Assembly (NCBI GenBank): GCA_963832165.1
Contig: CAWHTE010000007.1
Coordinates: 640,001-704,000 of the forward strand
Direction: 5' to 3'
Origin: an uncultured delta proteobacterium
GTDB taxonomy: Bacteria > Myxococcota_A > UBA9160 > SMWR01
Length of the DNA stretch: 64,000 nt
This document shows, one piece after another, positions 51,330 to 61,724 of the stretch. The notes beneath the pieces were generated by a model. That model saw only the letters and a program-made list of their open reading frames with translations. It did no database searches and had not been told where the DNA came from. The translations under genes were made by a program, and so were the position numbers. Within the stretch, counting starts at the first letter, position 1. Every line of letters begins with the position of its first letter.

Positions 51330-51535
51330 ATGACAGGAAATGGGATTGGTCTGGTGCGGACCGATCGGACGGAAGCGGGCGCGCACGGTCGATCGAGTCC
51401 GGACCTCAGGCACCTCCCGGGTTATATCAAAGGCGACTTCCCCAGAACGGCACCCGCCTTTTTTCCGGGCGAAAGCCAGGTTCCAGATCAGAACGCCCCT
51501 CCGACGGAGGTTCCGTCGGGGGGGCGTGTCGTTTT
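51330..51535 (+). ncRNA. Candidate sigma54-dependent structured small RNA
   Basis: Lies between the sigma54 promoter and a plus-strand terminator; long-range pairings; no convincing ORF. Confidence 0.55.
51493..51535 (+). terminator. Intrinsic terminator
   Basis: 16-bp stem ACGCCCCTCCGACGGA / TCCGTCGGGGGGGCGT (one G-U pair on plus strand), then GTCGTTTT. Confidence 0.7.
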
Positions 51536-51547
51536 GGGAGACGCCCG

Positions 51548-52717
51548 TTAGGGGCGCCCGCCCTCCCGGGCTTCGCGCGCTTCGAGCGCCACGGTCACGA
51601 CCTCGGCGCCGAACTCGCGCAAGAACCAGCCCTTGAGCTCGGGGAGTCCCTCGAGGTCGCTCGCGGTGTTCGGCGCGCGCCAGGCGATCGCTTCGAGCGC
51701 GGAGTTCGGACACAGGACGCCCGGGTCGAGCGCGAGCTGCTGAGCGCGCTCGGCTCGCCAGCGCTTGAGCGCGATCAGCCGCCGGTCTGCGTGGCGGTCC
51801 ATGCGGCGCCGCCCGCTCGGCGGGAGCTTCGGGATCGGGCCGTGCTCGTCCGCGCGCCCGTCGCGCACGGCCGCGAGCACTTCGCGCCCGAGCCGGCGCA
51901 AGAGCAGATCCGTGATGCCCTTGATCTCCGCCAGTTCCGAGAGCTTCTTCGGACGCCGCTCCGCGATTTCGATCAGCGTGCGATTCCCGAGCACCTTGAA
52001 CGGCGGCCGGTCCATCTCTCGCGCGCGCCGGTCGCGCACCAGATACAGCGCGCGCAGCACCGAGAGCGCCTTCGGATCGAGCTTGCGCGCACCCTTGATG
52101 CGCAGATAGCCCAGCTCGTCGAACTCGCGGTCGGGCCAGCGCCGTCGGCACAGCGCCTCGAACTCTTCGACGGCCCAGCGGTTCCGCTTCACTTCCTTGA
52201 GCTCGCGCCACAAGAGCTCGGCGAGCGGAAGCAGGTAGAGCACGTCGGCGGCCGCATAGCTCATCTGCTGTTGAGTGAGCGGGCGGCGCGACCAGTCGGA
52301 GCGCTGCTCGTCCTTGGGCAGGTTCACGTCGAAGTGACGCGCTGCGATTCGCGACAGGCCCACGGACGGATAGCCGAGCAGCTGCGCCGAGATCATCGTG
52401 TCGAACAGGTTCGCGAACTGGAACGAGCAGTCGCGCTTGAGCACGAAGATGTCGTACTCGGCTGCGTGGAAGACCTTGCGGATCTCGGGCGACGCGAACA
52501 CGGGCCCGAGCGGCGCGAGCTCGGCGGGGCCTCCGAGCGCGAGCGGGTCGATCAAGTAGATCTGCCGGCGCGTGCCGATCTGGACCAGGCAGGTCTTGTC
52601 GAAATAGTGATAGAAGCTGTCCGCCTCGGTATCGACGGCGATCACCTTCTCGCTCATCAGATCGTGCGCGAGCGTTTCGAGATCCGCGCGGGTCTCGATC
52701 AGTTCGTAGTCCGCCAC
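51548..52717 (-). CDS. rnd: Ribonuclease D with HRDC domains
   Basis: VDTE, CLVQI, FHAAEYD, FDT, SDWSRRPL, YAAADV, RPPFKVL; GAGGG RBS. Confidence 0.9.
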   Translation of the reverse strand: MADYELIETRADLETLAHDLMSEKVIAVDTEADSFYHYFDKTCLVQIGTRRQIYLIDPLALGGPAELAPLGPVFASPEIRKVFHAAEYDIFVLKRDCSFQFANLFDTMISAQLLGYPSVGLSRIAARHFDVNLPKDEQRSDWSRRPLTQQQMSYAAADVLYLLPLAELLWRELKEVKRNRWAVEEFEALCRRRWPDREFDELGYLRIKGARKLDPKALSVLRALYLVRDRRAREMDRPPFKVLGNRTLIEIAERRPKKLSELAEIKGITDLLLRRLGREVLAAVRDGRADEHGPIPKLPPSGRRRMDRHADRRLIALKRWRAERAQQLALDPGVLCPNSALEAIAWRAPNTASDLEGLPELKGWFLREFGAEVVTVALEAREAREGGRP

Positions 52718-52925
52718 TCTTTCCCTCAATCGCACCCGCCAATCGGATTGCGGATCGTCTTATCAGCCACGAGGGGGAGGGGGGACGACCAAGACATCCC
52801 GTGATTCGATGGAGGATTCGCGCGCGGGACACCAACACCGCGGGAGGAACGAGGGCGGCGTCAGGGCCGCAAGCTAGCCGACGCGCTGCCCCGGGGAAAG
52901 CGGTGTCGGGGTACTCTCCGCGGCG

Positions 52926-54074
52926 ATGTGGACGGCTGGAGCCGGGTTCTCGACCCATCCCGATGGCGAGCTCGCGGCGCGCGAGGCCGCCGCGCAGGCA
53001 ATTGCGGCCGCGGGCGGAGCCGACGCGGCGCTCTTGTTCGCGGGTCCCGCTCATCGCGAGACCGCGCGCGCGCTCGTAGCCGCGGCGTGTGCCGAGCTCG
53101 GCACGAAACGGGTGGTGGGCGGACTCGCGCACGGTGTGATCGGAGTCGGGCACGAGCTGGAGGGCGGGGCGGGCGTGTCCGTGCTCGCGGTGCGCGGGCT
53201 CGACGTAGAGACGCTCTGGATACCGGACCTCGCGGGCAACGAGCAGGTCGCGGCCGAGGAGGTTGCGGCGCGCCTCGCCGGCGGTGCGCGCGAGCAGGAC
53301 CTCGTGGTGCTGATCCCGGATCCGCGCGCGCTCCAGCCCGACGCGCTGCTCGCGGAGATCCGCGAGGTGATCGGGCCCGCCGGCGTGGTGGGTGCCGGAG
53401 CCGGGGACCCTGTCAGCGATGCACCGCTCGTGTGGTCCGGCTCCGAGATCGCGGGCGGCGCGCTCTCGGGTCTGGTGCTGCGCGGTGCGCGCGCGCGCCG
53501 GATCGGGGTCACGCAGGCGTGCCGCCCCGTGACCGAGCTGCTCACGGTCACGCGCGCGCAGGGACCCTGGGTGCTCGAGCTCGACGGTCGTCCCGCGCTC
53601 GATGTCTATCGCGAAGCCGCACGCGCGCCGCTCGCGGAGGACCTGCGCCGCGCCGCTGCGTTCCTGCTCGCGGCGCTGCCGCGCGACGCCGCGAATCCGC
53701 TGGCCCCGGGTGGCTATCTCGTTCGCAATATCGCGGGGTTCGCTCCGGACGCGAACGCGTTCGCAATCCCGGTCGAGCTCGCGAAGGGCGACCGGATCGC
53801 GCTGGTCCTCCGCGAGCCCGAAACCGCGCGCGAGGATCTCAAGGCGATGCTCGCGGGCCTCGGCGCCGATCCGCCTGGGCTCGCGCTGTACTTCGACTGC
53901 TGCGCACGCGGCGCGGGATTTTTCGGCGTACCCGGCCTGGAGTCCGCCTACCTCCATCAGGCGCTCGGCGAGGCTCCGCTCGCGGGCATGTTCGGCTCGT
54001 GCGAGCTGGGTCCGATCGCTGGCCGATCGGAGCTGCTCACCTACACGGGGGTGCTCGCGCTGCTCGACCACTGA
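52926..54074 (+). CDS. FIST N/C domain protein
   Basis: VTQACRPV, ELDGRPA, LVRNI, CCARG, GMFGSCELGP, YTGV. Confidence 0.8.
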   Translation: MWTAGAGFSTHPDGELAAREAAAQAIAAAGGADAALLFAGPAHRETARALVAAACAELGTKRVVGGLAHGVIGVGHELEGGAGVSVLAVRGLDVETLWIPDLAGNEQVAAEEVAARLAGGAREQDLVVLIPDPRALQPDALLAEIREVIGPAGVVGAGAGDPVSDAPLVWSGSEIAGGALSGLVLRGARARRIGVTQACRPVTELLTVTRAQGPWVLELDGRPALDVYREAARAPLAEDLRRAAAFLLAALPRDAANPLAPGGYLVRNIAGFAPDANAFAIPVELAKGDRIALVLREPETAREDLKAMLAGLGADPPGLALYFDCCARGAGFFGVPGLESAYLHQALGEAPLAGMFGSCELGPIAGRSELLTYTGVLALLDH

Positions 54075-54077
54075 GTT

Positions 54078-54114
54078 GTTCCGTTAAAAGGAACTTGATT
54101 CTGACATACGGAAC
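54078..54114. promoter_or_regulatory. Tandem IclR-type operators
   Basis: GTTCCGTTAAAAGGAAC (54078-54094) and ATTCTGACATACGGAAC (54098-54114) upstream of the IclR gene. Confidence 0.65.
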
Positions 54115-54148
54115 AGCGATTCTCCCGATCGACCAGGGAGGTTCGCAG

Positions 54149-54892
54149 TTGCGGGCGCTCACGAGCATCGAGAAGGCGGTCGACGTTCTCTTCCACCTGC
54201 ACGCGGCGCCGGAGCCCGTGGGCGTGACTCAGCTCGGCCGGGCGATCGGCCTGCCGAAGTCGAGCGTCCACCGATTGCTCGCCTCGCTGACCAAGCGCGG
54301 CCTCGTCCAGCAGGATGCGCGCGGCGGCTACGAGCCGGGAGTGGCGCTGATGGCGCTGGGGCTCGGCGCGCAGGAGCGCGATCCGCTCGTGATCGCCGCG
54401 CGACCCGTGCTCGAGAGCGAGGCCGCGGCGACGGGCGAGACGGTCTTTCTCGTGGCGATGCGCGCGCGCAGGCTCATCGTGCTCGACAAGGCCGAGGGCA
54501 CGGGCTTTCTGCGCGCGGCGCCGCAGGTGGGTTCGGTCGTACCCGTGCACGCGACGGCCGTGGGCAAGCTCTTCCTCGCGAACGGTCTCGCGCCTCTCGT
54601 GCGCATGCCGCTCGAGCGCTTCACGGACCACACGCCCGTCAGCGCGGTCGAGCTGGAGCGCGCCGTTGCGCGCGCGCGCCGCGACGGCACCGCCACGAGT
54701 CGCGAGGAATGGATGCCCGGCCTGTCGGTGCTCGCCGCGCCGATCTCGGTGCGCGGCCAGATGCGCGGGGCGCTCGCGCTGGGCGCGCCGACGCCGAGGC
54801 TGCCCGCGTCGGCGGAGGGCGCGTTGCTCGCGCACGTGCGCGTCGCGGCCGAGCGCATCTCCGCGCGACTCGCGGGGACCGGTCATGAGTGA
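54149..54892 (+). CDS. IclR family transcriptional regulator
   Basis: SIEKAVDVL, GLPKSSVHRLL, GETV, HATAVGK; GGGAGG RBS, TTG start. Confidence 0.9.
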   Translation: MRALTSIEKAVDVLFHLHAAPEPVGVTQLGRAIGLPKSSVHRLLASLTKRGLVQQDARGGYEPGVALMALGLGAQERDPLVIAARPVLESEAAATGETVFLVAMRARRLIVLDKAEGTGFLRAAPQVGSVVPVHATAVGKLFLANGLAPLVRMPLERFTDHTPVSAVELERAVARARRDGTATSREEWMPGLSVLAAPISVRGQMRGALALGAPTPRLPASAEGALLAHVRVAAERISARLAGTGHE

Positions 54893-55763
54893 GCCGACTG
54901 CGCGCGCCTGGCTCGACGGACGTGTGATTCCCCTCGCCGATGCGCGGATTCCGATCACCGACCACGGGCTCCTCTACGGCGACGGAATCTTCGAGGGGAT
55001 CCGGATCAGGAGCGCGCGCGTGTTCCGGCTCGACGACCACCTCGCGCGCTTCGCCACCGCGGCGCGCGCGATCGGCCTGGCGCTTCCGGGCGGAATCGCG
55101 GCCGCGCGCACGGCCGTGCTCGAGACCGCGCGCGCGTTCGGACAGAACGAGGCCTACGCGCGGCTCGTGTGCACGCGTGGCGTCGGCGCGCTCGGCGTCG
55201 ATCCGCTTCCGTGTCGCGAACCGCGCCTGTTCTGCATCGTCGATCGCATCAAGCTCTACGACGAGCGCCAACAGAGCGAGGGGCTGGACCTCGTGACCGT
55301 GAGCGTGCGCAGGCCGCCGGCCGACGTGCTCGATCCGCGCGTGAAGAGCCTCAACTATCTGAACAACGTGCTCGCCAAACGCGAGGCGCGGCTGCGCGGC
55401 GCGGACGAGGCGCTCGTGCTGAACGCACAGGGCAACATCGCGGAAGCGGCCGTGGCCAACATCTTCTGCGTGCGCGATGGAGTGCTCATGACACCACCCG
55501 CGACCGACGGCGCGCTCGAGGGCATCACCCGGCGCACCGTGCTCGAGCTCGCGCGCGAGCTCGCGATCCCGGCGCAGGAGCGCACGCTCGGGCGCTTCGA
55601 CCTGTTCGCGTGCACGGAGGCATTCCTCACCGGCAGCGGAGCCGGCCTCGTGCCGGTGCGCAGCCTCGACGGCGAGCGCCTCGGCGGTCCGGGTCCGGTG
55701 TTCGGCCAGATCCGCGCAGCATTCGAGCGCGCTGCGCCAGCGCTCGGCGTCCCCTTCCAGTAG
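54885..55763 (+). CDS. ilvE: Branched-chain amino acid aminotransferase (class IV)
   Basis: DHGLLYGDGIFEGIR, VKSLNYLNN, LEGITR, EAFLTGS. Confidence 0.85.
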   Translation: MSEPTARAWLDGRVIPLADARIPITDHGLLYGDGIFEGIRIRSARVFRLDDHLARFATAARAIGLALPGGIAAARTAVLETARAFGQNEAYARLVCTRGVGALGVDPLPCREPRLFCIVDRIKLYDERQQSEGLDLVTVSVRRPPADVLDPRVKSLNYLNNVLAKREARLRGADEALVLNAQGNIAEAAVANIFCVRDGVLMTPPATDGALEGITRRTVLELARELAIPAQERTLGRFDLFACTEAFLTGSGAGLVPVRSLDGERLGGPGPVFGQIRAAFERAAPALGVPFQ

Positions 55764-55790
55764 CCTCAGCGGCGACGCCAGGGGGGAACC

Positions 55791-57519
55791 GTGCGCTGGT
55801 CCGAAGCATTCATTCCCACGCTGCGCGACGACCCCGCCGATGCCGAGGCGGCGAGCCATCGGCTGCTCGTGCGCGCGGGGTTCGTGCGCCAGCTGATGGC
55901 GGGCGCGTACTCGCTGCTGCCGCTCGGGCAGCGCGTGTGCCAGAAGATCACGCAGATCGTACGGACCGAGATGGACGCGATCGGCGGCCAGGAGTTCAAG
56001 CTGCCCGCGCTGCACCCCGCCGAGCTCTGGAAGCGCTCCGGGCGCTGGGAGGTGATGGGCGACGAGATGTTCCGGCTCGTGGATCGCAAGGGCGCAGACG
56101 TCGCGCTCGGCATGACCCACGAGGAGGTGTTCGCGACTGCTCGCGGGCGAGCTGCGCAGCTACAAGGAGCTGCCGCAGATCTGGTACCAGATCCAGACCA
56201 AGTTCCGCGACGAGCCGCGTCCCAAGTCGGGCGTATTGCGCGTGCGCGAGTTCACGATGAAGGACTCGTACTCGCTCGACCTCGCACAGGCCGGCCTGGA
56301 CGCGTCGTTCCAGCGACACTTCGAAGCGTACCGGAAGATCTTCCGGCGCTGCGGCGTCGAGACGCTCGCGGTGGAAGCGTCGTCGGGCAGCATGGGCGGC
56401 AGCGAGTCGATCGAGTTCATGGTCGAGAGCGACGCAGGCGAGGACTTCGTCGCGACCTGCGCGCGCTGCGGCTACTCCGCGAACGTCGAGAAGGCCACCT
56501 CGCAGCTGGCGGCGGCCGAGGACGCGCCGGGCCCGCGTGCAGCCGAGCGCTTTCCGACTCCGGGTGTGCGCACGATCGAGGATCTCGCGAGCTTTGCGGG
56601 CGGCGCACCGGCCGAGCGCCAGATCAAGACGCTCGTCTACTCGGTGGACGGCGTGCTCGTGCTCGTCCTGCTGCGCGGCGATCACGCGCTCTCCGAGCAG
56701 AAGCTCCACGACCAGGTGGAGGCGCGCGAGATCCGTCCCGCGAGCGAGGCGGAGATCCGCGCCGCGCTGGGAGCGGGCCCGGGGAGCCTGGGCGCTGTCG
56801 GTGTCACGGGCCGCACCGTGATCGCCGACTTCGCGCTCGACGGCCGCCACGACATGACGACGGGCGCCAACCAGGACGACTTCCATCTGCGCGGCGTCGA
56901 CGTCGAGCGCGACATCGCCGTGAAGCACTGGCTCGATCTGCGCGAGGTGCGCGCAGGGGATGGGTGCCCCTCGTGCGGCGATCCGCTGCGCGTGGTGAAG
57001 ACGATCGAGGTCGGACACATCTTCAAGCTCGGCACGCGCTACAGCGAGGCGCTCGGAGCGAAGGTGCTCGACGAGGCCGGTGTCTCGCGGCCGATCATCA
57101 TGGGCTCGTACGGGATCGGCATCGAGCGCGCGATGGCGGCGGTGGTCGAGCGCTGCCACGACGCGAACGGGATCGTGTGGCCGATGGCGGTGGCGCCTTA
57201 CGAAGTGATCGTGACGCTCGTGAAGCCGACCGATCTCGCGATCGCCGAGGCGGGCGGGCAGGTCTACGACGCGCTGCGCGCCGCGGGCATCCAGGTCCTG
57301 CTCGACGATCGCGACGACCGTCCCGGCGTGAAGTTCAAGGACGCTGATCTGATCGGGATTCCCTACCGCGTGACGATCGGGCCCAAGGGGATCGCCGAAG
57401 GGAAGGTCGAGATCACACGCCGCAAGACTGGCCAGGCGCGCAGTGTCGACCTCCAGAAGGCCGCGAGCACCGTGACCGAATCGGTGCTCGAGGAACGCTC
57501 CTTCGCGCCGGGTAGTTAG
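55791..57519 (+). CDS. proS: Proline--tRNA ligase, 1-bp frameshift near 56136
   Basis: [24 protein letters not shown], editing insertion, [28 protein letters not shown]. Confidence 0.95.
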
Positions 57520-57524
57520 GTCCG

Positions 57525-58688
57525 ATGAGCGCACCGGCGATTCCGTACGCGGGGCGCACGATCATCGGCCTCGCGCACGAGCAGTTCCGCGCGATCCAAC
57601 GCACGGTCCAGATCCTGTTCCGGATCGCACATTCGCCTGCCTACGAGCAGCGCGTCGACGCCGGCGCCGACGCGTTCACGCGGTTCACACCCGGCAACTT
57701 CGGCGTGTTCATGGGCTACGACTTCCACATCACGCCGGCCGGCCCGAAGCTGATCGAGGTGAACACGAACGCGGGCGGCGCGCTGCTCAACGGGCTGCAC
57801 ACGGCGTCGCTGTGCGATCCGGAACGGCTCGCGTGCCTGTGCGCGGACCTGCTCCCGGTCGAGGAGATCCAGGAGCGCATCGTGCGCACGTTCGTTTCCG
57901 AGTTCGAGGCCGTGCGCGGTGTGGGCGCGCGGCCGGCGCTGATCGCGATCGCGGATGAGCGGCCACGCGAGCAGTTCCTGTACCCGGAGTTCGAGCTGTT
58001 CGCGCAGCTGTTCGAGGCGCAGGGAATCCGCGCCGCGATCTGCGACACGGCGGAGCTCGCGCTCGCGGAGGACGGGCTCGCGTTGCGCGGCGAGCGCGTC
58101 GATCTCGTCTATCTGCGCGACACCGACTTCGGGCTCGCCTCGCCGCGCGCGGCCGCTCTGCGCGCGGCCTATCTCGCGCGACAGGTGGTGGTGACGCCGG
58201 CGCCGCGCGAGCACCACCTGCTCGCGAACAAGCGCCGGCTCGCGATCTTCTCTTCGGCCGCGGCGATCGCGGAGCTCGGCGCCGGCGCCGAGGAAGTCCA
58301 GCACCTCGCCGAGGTGGTCCCCGAGACGCGCGACCTCGCCGAGCTCGGCCGCGAGCGCGCGTGGCTCGAGCGGAAGGAATGGGTGTTCAAGCCGAGTGCG
58401 TCGTTCGGCAGCCGCGCCGTGTACCGCGGCGACAAGATCTCGCGAACGAAGCTCGAACAGATCGCGGGCGACGCCGACTTCCTCGCACAGCGCCGCGTGG
58501 AGCCCGGGCTCGTCGAGGTCGAAACCGAGGCGGGCCCGCGCGAGATGAAGTTCGATGTGCGCGCCTACGCCTACCGCGACGAGGTGTTGTTGCTCGGCGC
58601 GCGCGTCTACCAGGGCCAGGTCACCAACCTGCGCAGTGCGGGCGGCGGCTTCTCGGCAATCTGCGTCGCGCGCACGGCGCAGGCGTGA
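57525..58688 (+). CDS. Circularly permuted ATP-grasp-type ligase (GSP-synthase-like)
   Basis: GYDFH...LIEVNTNAGG, ANKR, VFKP..FGS..VY.G, KFDVR, RVYQGQVTN. Confidence 0.65.
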   Translation: MSAPAIPYAGRTIIGLAHEQFRAIQRTVQILFRIAHSPAYEQRVDAGADAFTRFTPGNFGVFMGYDFHITPAGPKLIEVNTNAGGALLNGLHTASLCDPERLACLCADLLPVEEIQERIVRTFVSEFEAVRGVGARPALIAIADERPREQFLYPEFELFAQLFEAQGIRAAICDTAELALAEDGLALRGERVDLVYLRDTDFGLASPRAAALRAAYLARQVVVTPAPREHHLLANKRRLAIFSSAAAIAELGAGAEEVQHLAEVVPETRDLAELGRERAWLERKEWVFKPSASFGSRAVYRGDKISRTKLEQIAGDADFLAQRRVEPGLVEVETEAGPREMKFDVRAYAYRDEVLLLGARVYQGQVTNLRSAGGGFSAICVARTAQA

Positions 58689-59104
58689 GCTCTGCTCTCG
58701 CAGACGCGACGGTCCTCCTGCACATCGTGTTCGTCGCCTTCGTGGTCGGCGGGGGTCTGTTCGCCGTGCGTTGGCCGCGGGTCGCATGGCTGCATCTGCC
58801 GGCCGCTGCCTGGGGTGCGTGCGTCGAGTTCGCGGGCTGGACCTGTCCGCTCACGCCGCTCGAGAACTGGCTTCGCGAACAGGGCGGCGGCGCCACCTAC
58901 ACCTCGGGCTTCATCGAGCACTACGTGCTGCCCGTCCTCTACCCGGCCTCGCTCACGCGCCCGCTCCAGTGGTTGCTGGGCGGCCTCGTCGTGCTGATCA
59001 ACGCCGGCGTATACGCCTGCGTCTTCCGCGGCCGGATCGCTAGTGCGCTTCGAGGAGCTCGCGCTTCGCGCGGCGCAGGAAGAACAGGCCGATCGTCGCG
59101 TTGA
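58685..59104 (+). CDS. DUF2784 family membrane protein
   Basis: H..FVAFVV.GG, LHLPAAAWG, CPLTPLEN, FIEHY..P.LYP. Confidence 0.8.
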   Translation: MSSALADATVLLHIVFVAFVVGGGLFAVRWPRVAWLHLPAAAWGACVEFAGWTCPLTPLENWLREQGGGATYTSGFIEHYVLPVLYPASLTRPLQWLLGGLVVLINAGVYACVFRGRIASALRGARASRGAGRTGRSSR

Positions 59105-60005
59105 AGAAGATGAAGAAGTTGTGCATCACGAAGCCGAACGCGGACATCTGCGCCTCGCGCTCGGGGAACAGCACCACCCAGATCGTGATCGCCGCGGCGC
59201 GCATCGGCGTGGGCACTGCGGCCGCGAAGAAGATCACGGGCAGGACGCCGAGCATGTGCAGGAAGCTCGCCTCGACGCCGAACAGCCGCAGCGCGAGCGT
59301 GTAGACGATCACGGCCGCGAGCAGCGCCGGCGAGCGCAGCACTGCGACACCCACATAGCGCAGCGGACCCGCCTCGCGGAACGCCTTCAAGATCGGGCGA
59401 TCGCGCAGTGCCGAGCCCGGCGCGATCCAGCCGCGGAAGAACGCGATCCAGACGCCGAACAGCGCGAACACGCCGAGCGCGATCCAGGGCACGAGCCGGA
59501 ACTGCGCGGGCAGCTCGTCGCCCGAGATCGCATAACCGACCAACGCCCAGAAGGTCAGGTAGAGCAGCTCGCAGAACATGATGAACAGCATCGAAGAGCC
59601 GACTTCCCAGCCCGGAACGCCGTGGCGCCGGTTCAGGTAGAGAGCCATCGCGCCCTTGCCGACCTGCTCGTTCAGGATCGAGATGATGTACGCGCTCGCG
59701 CGGATCGGGAGGATCGCGGTCCACGGCACGCGCGCATTGAACCACGTGACCACGCGCCAGACGACGGTCGAATCCACGAGGAAGAAGAACGCGGAGTAGG
59801 GGATCATCAGCGCGAGCCAGTGAAGCCAGTTCACGCTCGCGAACACCTCGAGCAGGTACGCGTACGCCGACATGCCCTGGCGCGCAGCCGCGCCGGAGAT
59901 CCGGTTTCCCAGCCACGCGAAACACACGAGTGTCAGGAGCCACGGCAGCGCGCGCTGCCACAGCGGCGGCGTCGGGCGCGCGGCAGTGCTGGGCGTGCTC
60001 GTCAT
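59040..60005 (-). CDS. Polytopic membrane protein (lysylphosphatidylglycerol-synthase TM-like)
   Basis: Multiple TM segments; RASAY...N.QVG pattern. Confidence 0.55.
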   Translation of the reverse strand: MTSTPSTAARPTPPLWQRALPWLLTLVCFAWLGNRISGAAARQGMSAYAYLLEVFASVNWLHWLALMIPYSAFFFLVDSTVVWRVVTWFNARVPWTAILPIRASAYIISILNEQVGKGAMALYLNRRHGVPGWEVGSSMLFIMFCELLYLTFWALVGYAISGDELPAQFRLVPWIALGVFALFGVWIAFFRGWIAPGSALRDRPILKAFREAGPLRYVGVAVLRSPALLAAVIVYTLALRLFGVEASFLHMLGVLPVIFFAAAVPTPMRAAAITIWVVLFPEREAQMSAFGFVMHNFFIFFNATIGLFFLRRAKRELLEAH

Positions 60006-60930
60006 CGCTCGTGCCCCGCGAGCGCTTCGCGCAGCGCCGCGTCGAGCGGCGTGAGCGCGATGCCGAGCCGCGCGCGCGCGGGCTCCGGGTCGATCGCGTC
60101 GTCGCGCTCGAGCACGCCCAGCATCGCGCGCGTGATCGGAGGCTCCGCGCTCGTGCGCTCGGCGATCCACGCGAAGGCATGGGCGAGCGCGGCCGGCACG
60201 CTGCCGATCGACACCTGCGTGCCGAGCACGGCCGCCGCGCGCTGCACGAGCTCGCGGTGCGGGAGCGACTCGGGCCCGGCGAGCTCGAGCACCACATCGT
60301 CGAGGCCCGGCCGGTCGAGCGCGGCGGCGAGCGAGGCGACCACGTCGCGTGCGGCGATCGGCTGTGCGAGCGCGGCTCCGCCGCTCACGAGCCGCGCGTT
60401 CGGACCGCGCGCCTGGCGCTCGAGCGCGGCGGAAGCCGGGTCGCCGGCGCCGAGCACCATCGGCACGCGGATCACCACCGCGGGCGTCTTCGCGCGCAAC
60501 AGGATCGCGTCGGCTCGCGCACGCGAGGCGAGGCAGGCGTTCGGCGAAGCGGGGTCGGCGCCCAGGATCGAGAGCGCGATGATCCGGCGCAGCCCACAGC
60601 GGTCCGCCGCGGTCGCGAGTGCCTCGCATGCGCGCTCATGCGCGTCCACGTAGCGGTTGGTGCGCGTCTGCTTGAGGATGCCCGACCAGATGGATCGCCG
60701 CATCACAACCCGCCGCGTGCTTCGCGAGCATGTCCGGGTCGCGAGTAGTCGACGATCGCGACCTCGGGCCGCACCCGCTCCGGCAGCGCGCGTACGGCCT
60801 CGGCCGCGCGCTCCGAGCGCACGAGCGCGCGCACGGCGCGCGGCGGGCTCGCCTCGGCGAGATGCGCGCAGAGCTTGCGACCGAGCCGTCCGTTGGCTCC
60901 CGTGACGAGGATCGGGCGTTCCGACACCAA
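60002..60930 (-). CDS. NAD(P)-dependent epimerase-like protein, frameshifts near 60745 and 60683
   Basis: VTGANGRLG; DAAIHLVG then ILKQT across frames; QPIAARDV, LAGPE. Confidence 0.75.
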
Positions 60931-60934
60931 CGGC

Positions 60935-61687
60935 TCAGATCGACATGATGCCGCGGCGCGGTCGTGCGTCGGTGCCGAATGTCTCTGCAGAGAGCGGCGC
61001 CCCCGCGGCCGCGAGCGCTTCGCGCTGCTTCGGCGGCGGCACGGTCATCGAGGCTTGTTCGAACGGGACGAGCCTCTGGAAGCAGTCGTGTCCGAGCGCG
61101 CGTTCGACGAACGCCGCGGTGCGGGGCCAGCGCGCGGCATCGACGCGGTAGCGCGAGAATGCCGCGTTGCGGAAGAAGGCCGCGATCGCGATGTCGGCGA
61201 CGCCGATCTCTCCGAACAGGAAGCCCTGCTCGGGCAGCTGCGACTCGAGATAGTCGAGCACGTGCGGAAGCTCCACATCGAGCGCGTGGCGCAACACCGC
61301 CTCGTCGGTCGGCACGCCGAACACGCGCGGATTGATCGCGACCTGATTGAACAGGCGCCAGATCATCACCTCGCCCATGCGCGTGTCCGCGAACTCCTCG
61401 AGCCAGCGCGCGCGGGCGCGGTCGGCCGGCTCGCGCGGGTAGAGCGCTGGCGTGGGATGGCGATCTTCGAGGTACTCGCAGATCACCGTGGAGTCGCAAA
61501 GCGTGACCTTCTCGTCGATGTACACGGGAATGCGCCGGAGCGGGGAGATCTCGCCGAAGCGATCGTTGCCGAAGAACGGGACGATCGGGTCGATCTCGTA
61601 GCGGACGCCCTTCAGGTGCATCACCGCGAGCACCTTCCGAACGTACGGAGAGATGTAGCTGCCGACGATGTGGACCGGCGTGGTCAT
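60935..61687 (-). CDS. Glutathione S-transferase family protein
   Basis: SPYVRKV, PLRRIP, DSTVICEYLE, GVADIA. Confidence 0.9.
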   Translation of the reverse strand: MTTPVHIVGSYISPYVRKVLAVMHLKGVRYEIDPIVPFFGNDRFGEISPLRRIPVYIDEKVTLCDSTVICEYLEDRHPTPALYPREPADRARARWLEEFADTRMGEVMIWRLFNQVAINPRVFGVPTDEAVLRHALDVELPHVLDYLESQLPEQGFLFGEIGVADIAIAAFFRNAAFSRYRVDAARWPRTAAFVERALGHDCFQRLVPFEQASMTVPPPKQREALAAAGAPLSAETFGTDARPRRGIMSI

Positions 61688-61724
61688 GACCTGCCTCCCG
61701 CGAGTCGGGCACTCCGAATCGGGA

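Noticed and set aside
51330..51551. 73-codon leaderless ORF at the sigma54 TSS
   Set aside because: Atypical codon usage, and it runs through the terminator; treated as less likely than an ncRNA, though not excluded.
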